Assembly: GCA_043228905.1 (NCBI GenBank)
Contig: JBHGNT010000015.1
Span: 18,290,001-18,354,000 of the forward strand
DNA length: 64,000 nt
From: Azolla caroliniana
Lineage: Eukaryota > Plantae > Polypodiophyta
Direction of reading: 5' to 3'
Within the stretch, counting starts at the first letter, position 1, and each line of letters starts with the position of its first letter. The notes beneath the pieces are model-generated. The model made no database searches. It was not told the origin of the DNA and saw only the letters and a program-made list of their open reading frames with translations. Both the position numbers and the translations under genes were made by a program. Shown piece after piece: positions 57,071-64,000 of the stretch.

Positions 57071-58900
57071 CATACATATATATATATATATGCTTGGGTC
57101 CTTAACCTAATTAACAGAAAGGCATGCTTAAAAGAGATTACAAGATGAAGATCAATCTAGAATCATCAAGCCTTCCAAGAACTAAATCTTTTGTTCTCAT
57201 AAGACTTTGCAAAAAAGGCCATGGAGCGAGTCTACAAAAGAAATTGAAGCTCTGCATACAGACCCAACCTACATAAGGAATCAGGATTACAAGAAGAAGA
57301 ATATGAATGAACTCTTCAGAGTCCAAGAGTAGCTCTGGTCTCCATCCATTCACACCTAAAGGCCTATTTGCCCACCACTATGGGCTCTCATATAGCCTAC
57401 TTTTGTTCCTTCACACTTTTGGCCGGGTCCGGACAAAATTCATGTTAGTCCAATCATAATAAGCCTATTCGACTCCGTATTCGGCCCATGACAAATCTAC
57501 ATGCGTAGCTCAAAATGGAGGCGAGAGGGGGTTCCTACACTTAAAATGGCCGGGTCAGCATTCAGATAATGCCCCATCAAAATCGAACTTTTCAGGATCA
57601 TGCGCAAATACCTCTCCGTGGCCAGCTCTCTCCTCTCGACTACACCACCTTGAACCCAACCCATTTGGTCTTGAAGATGTTTCATCCTTATGGTTAACAT
57701 TGTCCATTCATCGACCAATCAATTCCTAGGCTTTGGCTCATCATCTCGTTTCGCATCTCACTTTGATTTCCTGCAAAGCTCAACAACTGATTCACACTAG
57801 GCAGGTAGAATGGAAAATGTTTTCATCTTTTCTCTTTACCTTGGGTTTTAAACTCTTTATATGATAAAATCTTTTGGCTCAGACTCTAAGGGGCCACTCT
57901 TTTGCTTAGATTGTACAAAGAGAGGAAATGTAAAAAGGTGGGTTTAGGATAAATTGAGCCTCGTTCGTGGATATGTCTCGAGATTATCGATGCAAATGTC
58001 ATGCAATCAAGAAAGAGCAGAGCGCAAACCCTTTTTTAGCATCAACTTTCCAAATCAATGATTTTAATAGATACGAGAGCCAAAATGAACACAAAATGAT
58101 GTCAATGAACGTATTCCATGACTTGAGCATGCAACATGGACAAGAGTAAGAGTGTAAACGTATTTAAAAAAGATATGCTCGGCTTTCCAAATCAGTGCTT
58201 ACATAGAGTTTTGCACGATTTACACTTGGGAGAGCCAAAAGGAACAAACAACGATATCAATGAGCACACCCCATGACTTATGGCATGTGGTGTTGTAATA
58301 TTGTGGATATTAATATTTGCTGGTAGTTCATATAGGCACATGATTTCTTCCTTAAATTACATTTGTAAAGAACGAGAGTGCTGAGAGTTGCATACTCAAT
58401 AGGGAGGGAGAGGGTGTTTATTCGTTTTACAAAAGTGTAGGTAAGGTTTTTAAAGCAGTTCTTTTTCCTCTTCATGATTGTCCATTACATATCCATTACA
58501 CAACCACCACAACATACCCATGACCACCCATTCTTACCATGTACACCAATGCATTCTCCTTATCGTACCCATTAAGTGCGCCACCCTTAATAATCCATGA
58601 CATACATATGTGTGGACATCTATATTGTTACATTCCTTATTCAACTACCATTAAGTGTGACATTTTGACAAATACTTAGGTAAAGCATGGCAACATTTTT
58701 TTCAATTTGTGCAAGTGACATTTTGAAAACAAAAATATAGAAATATAATCCCATCATAAGTTAAGACACAAATGTTTTGTTTAATATTTAAAAAACAACA
58801 GCCATTGAGTTTGATGAGCAAACAGAAGGCATGGGTTACTTGAAAACACCAATTGAGTTCGGTAGCCAACAAGATTTCTAAAAGGGAAAGAAAAGGAAAT

Positions 58901-59262
58901 TCAACTTTTGCTTTCAAAAACATCCTTGCATTCAATGAGTGAGCGCAAGGCTTGGACAAATTATTGTTGCTAAAAGATCTCTGCATTACACAAACTAAAG
59001 GTACAAGGCCAATACCTATTTTTTGGGTTTAACCATTTCACCCGAAAAGGGTGAATCCAATGCTTAAACTTAACTTTTGCTTTCAAAAGCACCCTTGCAT
59101 TCAATGAGCAAGCACAAGGCTCGGACAAATTATGTATTGTTTCTAAAATATCTCTGCATTTCGTAAAGTAAAGGTACAAGGCCAAGACCTATTTTTTGGG
59201 TTTAATCATTTCACCCGAAAAGGGCGAATCCAATGCTTAAACTCAACTTTTGATTTCAAAAA
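58901..59262. repeat. ~170-bp tandem repeat, two copies plus a partial
   Basis: TCAACTTTTGCTTTCAAAA...CAATGCTTAAAC restarts at 58901, ~59070 and 59243. Confidence 0.85.
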
Positions 59263-60189
59263 CTTTTTTATGTTATGTTTTAAAAGTAGACGAAAAGAAA
59301 GTTGGGAACTCACAAGGTGTGGACTCCTCCCTCCCCCCCTCCCTCTTTTTTTGTCATAAAGAAAATGTTTATTGTTCATGAACAAACACTTTGACTATTC
59401 TCGTTTTTCTATTGTTTCCTTGAAAAGAACTAAACTTGGGTTTGGAGGGCAAATGCAAGGCTCAAGATCATGTATTTTTTCCTTGTTTCTCCCTTCAAAA
59501 AAAACAAAAAACTTCTCAATTGATGAGTGAGCACAAGGTTCGGCCTTTCCACAAATGTGCTTGGTTAAGTGCTCTTTGAGCAATTGAATGTTGTACTTGA
59601 GAAACGATATGGTTGGGGGTTGAGTCAGGGGGAATCAACAAACCAATGGGGCAGTTGTGGGTATTTTGGGGTCTTGAAAAAAAGAAGAAATTCCAACCAT
59701 ATATGTATATATTTCAATACATAATTTGAAGGATAGTAAATAATTACTTTAAAGTTGATTTATCACATACATGATATCGTAATACTAATCACAAAGACGA
59801 TTGTGATGTTATGCAACTACCCTCGTAGAGTGTTGTGCATTTGCACACCCGACTTGTGAAAGGCTACGTTTTGGCCAATAGTATAGCCGTGTACCTAGAC
59901 ATCAACAATAGATTCATAGGGATTTATGGGAATTGGAAGTACATTTTCCACGCACATCCTTTCCCTCGTGTGAGTATTCACGAGTATATGTCGATTCAGT
60001 GTTGGCAGCACTAGAGGAGCTTGTAACTAAACGATTGCTCATGATAGCTATACATGCAACATTCGCTTGCGGATCAATCGATCCCCGAGCGTAGTTCGAA
60101 AGGAAAGGTGAGATGAGAGTAACTTAGTGAAGGTGAGAGAATCAATAGAAGAGGAGCAAGGCCCATGTCTTTGGTTTTGTTTGCTTTTG

Positions 60190-60293
60190 TATGTATGTTA
60201 TGTATATATGTGTGCATGTATGTATGTATGTATGTATGTATGTATGTATGGTATGTATGTATGTTATGTTTGTATGTTATGTATGTATGTATG

Positions 60294-60324
<31 letters not shown>

Positions 60325-60623
60325 GTATGTATGTATGTATGTATGTTATGTATGTATGTATGTTATGTATGTATGTATGTAAGTATGTATGTTATGTATG
60401 TATGTTATGTATGTATGTATGTATGTATGTATGTATGTATGTATGTATGTATGTATGTATGTTATGTATGTATGTATGTAAGTATGTATGTATGTATGTA
60501 TGTATGTAAGTATGTAAGTATGTATGTATGTATGTATGTATGAATGTATGTATGTATGTATGTATGTATGTATGTATGTATGTATGTATGTATGTATGTA
60601 TGTATGTATGTATGTATGTATGT
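60190..60623 (+). repeat. Long variant (TATG)n array upstream of the DeSI gene
   Basis: About 430 bp of TATG with TTATG and TAAG variants. Confidence 0.95.
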
Positions 60624-61053
60624 CTGTACATAGTCCATAGCTTTTTGGGGGCTAAAAGAACAGGGGATATGTTTTTTGTTCTGGAATCTGAACAAAAAAG
60701 CCCCCCTCCCCCCCCCCCACCACATCCATGGCTGAACAGAGAGACATCCATGAAGAAGAAGAAGAAAAAGATGAAGAAGCAGACCCTTTCCATCATCAAA
60801 AGCTGGATTTGATTCGAACCCATTAACATCAGGATCCCAAAGATCCACTGGCACACCCACCGTTTTCTACTCCTGGATCTGCAGCCACCAGCAGAAGAAG
60901 AATCACATCTCCTTCTCAATTGCTCTGTTTCTTGTTTCTCAGAACAGAGAAGGGAAAAGAGAAGGGAAGGGAAGGGAAGAGAAGAGAAGAGAAGAGAAGA
61001 GAAGAGAAGAGCAGAGAAAAGGGCCCATTACAAATCGTGAAGGAAGAGAAAGT

Positions 61054-63177
61054 ATGGATTCTGATGATTCTTCCAAGAATGCCCCGATCTATCTCAATGT
61101 CTATGATGTCACAGATATTAACAACTGTCTCTACTGGCTTGGCCTTGGCATCTTCCACTCTGCCATAGAGGGTATTCTTCTGTGCCTGTGTTTATTTAAC
61201 TGTGCATTTGCAACTAAGTTTAGATCCTTACTTAGTTTTGCTCCATGCATACATATGTATTTAATAGCTTTCTTGTAACTTGGTCAGAGAAATATTATCA
61301 TAGTGGTTTGGACTTGACAGCGAATGAATTGCCATTTTGCCACACGAAACCACGAATACAGACATACACACTCACAGGTTTAAAAGCTTTTAGTGTACCT
61401 TTATCAGTGATGGAATACCGTTGTAGCATGAACTTTATTGTGAATTAGTCTAAGTGCACACACACACACACACACACGCACGCATGCACAGAGGTACTCG
61501 TGATGCATACAGAAATACAGGTTTGAATGCATTTTTATATCTTGCTTGGGGATATATTGGCTTAAAAGTGTGAACCTGATGGCGAATTGGTATTTGCCAA
61601 ATGGATTTGCAGAATATTGAGCAATCCTTTATTCATCATGGTCTGGGTATAAGATATTTGGTCATTTGATTTAACCTTTCATATCATTTATATGTATTGG
61701 TTGCTTCTTCCCCTGGGTTTGTATAATCTGTTTGGTCTATCTTTCACCAATTTCATATTTTTTCCCGAAATTTCAATGCAACTATGTCCCAAATGAAGGG
61801 ATAAATCTTTTAATATGAATGCTCATTTTGGTTTGCTAATATGCATATTGTCCAGTAAATTCATAAAAACATTAGAAGACAAAATACTGAACTAAACCCT
61901 TGCTTTCAGTATGTTTATAAAGTATCATGATATATTTGAAAACTACCAAAACACAATATATTTAAAAACTACCAAAATGTAATGGAGTACAAAATGTACA
62001 ATTTCAGGTATTGTAGTAGTTTTTGAAAACTTTGGGATATTCTTGTGAAAATCCACAACAGTAGTTATATTTTGGTGCGTTATATAATATATAATATATA
62101 TCTATATATTAATTCAAGTACTGTATATTTTATCTCTCCTGTAAGGTTTCTTCCTTTTCTCCAAGCCGAGATCTAACCCTTTCTGTATATATTTTTTGTC
62201 TTGATTTTGTCTCAGTTCATGGTGTGGAGTATGCATTTGGAGCTCATGATTACCCATCATCGGGTGTCTTTGAGGTTCAACCTAGGTGTTGCCCAGGCTT
62301 CATCTTTCGGAAATCCATTGTTGTCGGGAGAACAGACAAGGATCCCATACAATTTCAAACTTTCATTGATCAAATGTCATTGGACTATGCCGGTGATTCC
62401 TATCATCTGATAGCAAAGAACTGTAATCACTTCACCAATGATGTGCTAATGAAGCTTATTAAAAGACCTGCCCCAGGTTGGGTGAACCGGGTAGCAAGAA
62501 TCGGTAAATATATATGAATTAGGAAGTTCTAGTATCAACATGTTAATATTAAAATGTAGAGAAAAAACACCAATATACCCATAAGTTGTTGAGTAAATAC
62601 TAGAATACTGGTAGGTTTTCAAAACCTACCAGAATTCCCATCTGTAATACAAAATTGCAGGGATATTCTGGTAAATAGTAACTACCCAACAATTTCAGGG
62701 TATTTTGACATTTTTCCTGAGAATCAATTTTCTTGTGTGCTAGAAGAATTTTTGTATAAAGTATTCTATTGTTAATCCCCACTTAAATAACTTTATGCAT
62801 GAGCTTGGTTATTGTATAACTCATGGGATAGATCTGTATGTGTTTGCAGCTGCCTTTTGCAGCTGTCTTCTACCGGAGAGTTTGCAGATAAATTCTGTGA
62901 GACATGATCCAGAAGACCAGAGCTATGAATATGCAAGTATGTGTAAAGTTTCCTATTTTGTGAAGAAGCTTTTGTATGTGTTTCCATTAGTTGATACCTC
63001 TGAGAGTCTGTGTCTAATATGGAAACGAGGACGGCTCTTTGAAATGCAGATGTACAAGAAGACTTCTTCGATGAGGAGCAACATTTGCTAAGGGCGCCGA
63101 ATGGCAATTTACAATCCGATATGCAAGATTATTTTTATGACCCAACAATGATAAAGCGAACGGCATCAAATATTTAA
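61054..63177 (+). CDS. DeSI-like / PPPDE putative thiol peptidase, ~206 aa, exons 61054-61171, 62216-62503, 62850-62936, 63050-63177 (last exon less certain)
   Basis: IYLNVYD, GIFHSAIEVHGVEYAFGAH (catalytic His), YHLIAKNCNHF (catalytic Cys), PGWVNRVARI, C(S)CLLPE. GT-AG junctions are in phase. Confidence 0.9.
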
Positions 63178-64000
63178 TAAGCAAGTGAACTATATAAAAA
63201 TCCTGAGTTTGCAGCCAATATGAACCAGGGTCCATTTGTTACCGTATTCTTTCTTGAGTAATTTGTCACTTGTATACTTTCTTCTCTCTTCGACTGCGAA
63301 GGATGTTGTACGGCTGACTGAACATACAGGCTTCAAAACAAACTACTGCTTCTAGCACTCACACATCATTTATTAGGCCTTCTTTTATTAATTTTCGAGG
63401 AGACCATTAACGACTTGTAACGTATGTTATCCTTGGAGGGTACTGCCCTTTTGTGTAATATCAGGAATAAAAATTATGAACACAAAAAAGATAAAAACAA
63501 ATTGTTTCAAACTATGCTTAATATTATTATTATTTGGGTTGGATGGGAATTGTGCTGTTGGTGGCTGGACGTTTGCATATATTTTCATAATGAGAAATGC
63601 AAAACCTTAAGAGAATTCAAGAGGTGCTTTTAGGAAAGAGTTGGGAGGGAGTATGGTGTTTGAAAATAGAGAGGCATGGATGATGTTTGGGAAGATATTT
63701 AAACTGACTTCTATGGATTGATTGCCAAAATACTGCCTACTTGTTTTTTATATTTGTAAACTGATTTAATAGGTGTTTTAGCAAACGATGCGTTATAACA
63801 ATCTATTCTGATTCTTTAAGTTTTTGTGTTTTTTAAAAGTTATTACCTTGTTTGTAACAATTTAATGGTGATGTATGATGAAGCATGATGTGATCCGAGT
63901 ATCTTTTGGTTGTATTCGATGTCAATTACAAATGGAAACTCAAAAACATTGTTTATGGGAATGCATTGAGTCAACAGATATGGCAATGATTCCTTATTAT

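Noticed and set aside
57340-58280. GC-richer patch, 73-aa ORF and a ~160-bp diverged repeat
   Set aside because: Likely TE debris, but no TIR, TSD or domain could be fixed.
62991-63091. Alternative last exon of DeSI using the AG at 62990
   Set aside because: It needs a 54-nt intron. The AG at 63049 has a CTAAT branch site and gives a more plausible C-terminus.

Overview
This window is eukaryotic land-plant nuclear DNA. A non-seed plant such as a fern or lycophyte is my inference, from PLS-PPR debris and the unusual gypsy lineage. Bases 1-31.7 kb are a nest of LTR retrotransposons resolvable by target-site duplications (TSDs). The nest holds a partial Tnt1/Tork-like copia and two young sister copia elements in convergent orientation, one intact and one with a single nonsense codon. 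It also holds two decayed gypsy families: family A is tRNA-Arg primed; family B has tRNA-Trp priming, 4-bp TSDs and an FLDD RT motif. A non-autonomous family-B element and several solo LTRs complete the nest. Bases 31.7-43.5 kb hold Mutator-like (MULE) DNA transposon material embedded in (TATG)n arrays. The main element has ~120-bp TIRs, a decayed DDE/SWIM transposase and a Zn-finger/Ulp1-like accessory gene, and its right end is tandemly duplicated. Bases 43.7-64 kb are genic: GMP synthase (6 exons), an IBR3-like peroxisomal acyl-CoA dehydrogenase (17 exons), a PPR pseudogene and a DeSI/PPPDE peptidase (4 exons). The best leads are three. (i) Every MULE end abuts a (TATG)n array, and four arrays end in the same 25-bp cap; variant-unit patterns are shared with an array 17 kb away. 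(ii) The family-B gypsy insertion sites all centre on CpG. (iii) The young copias are strongly enriched in CCGG/CCGA. All coordinates were read by eye and no searches were run.
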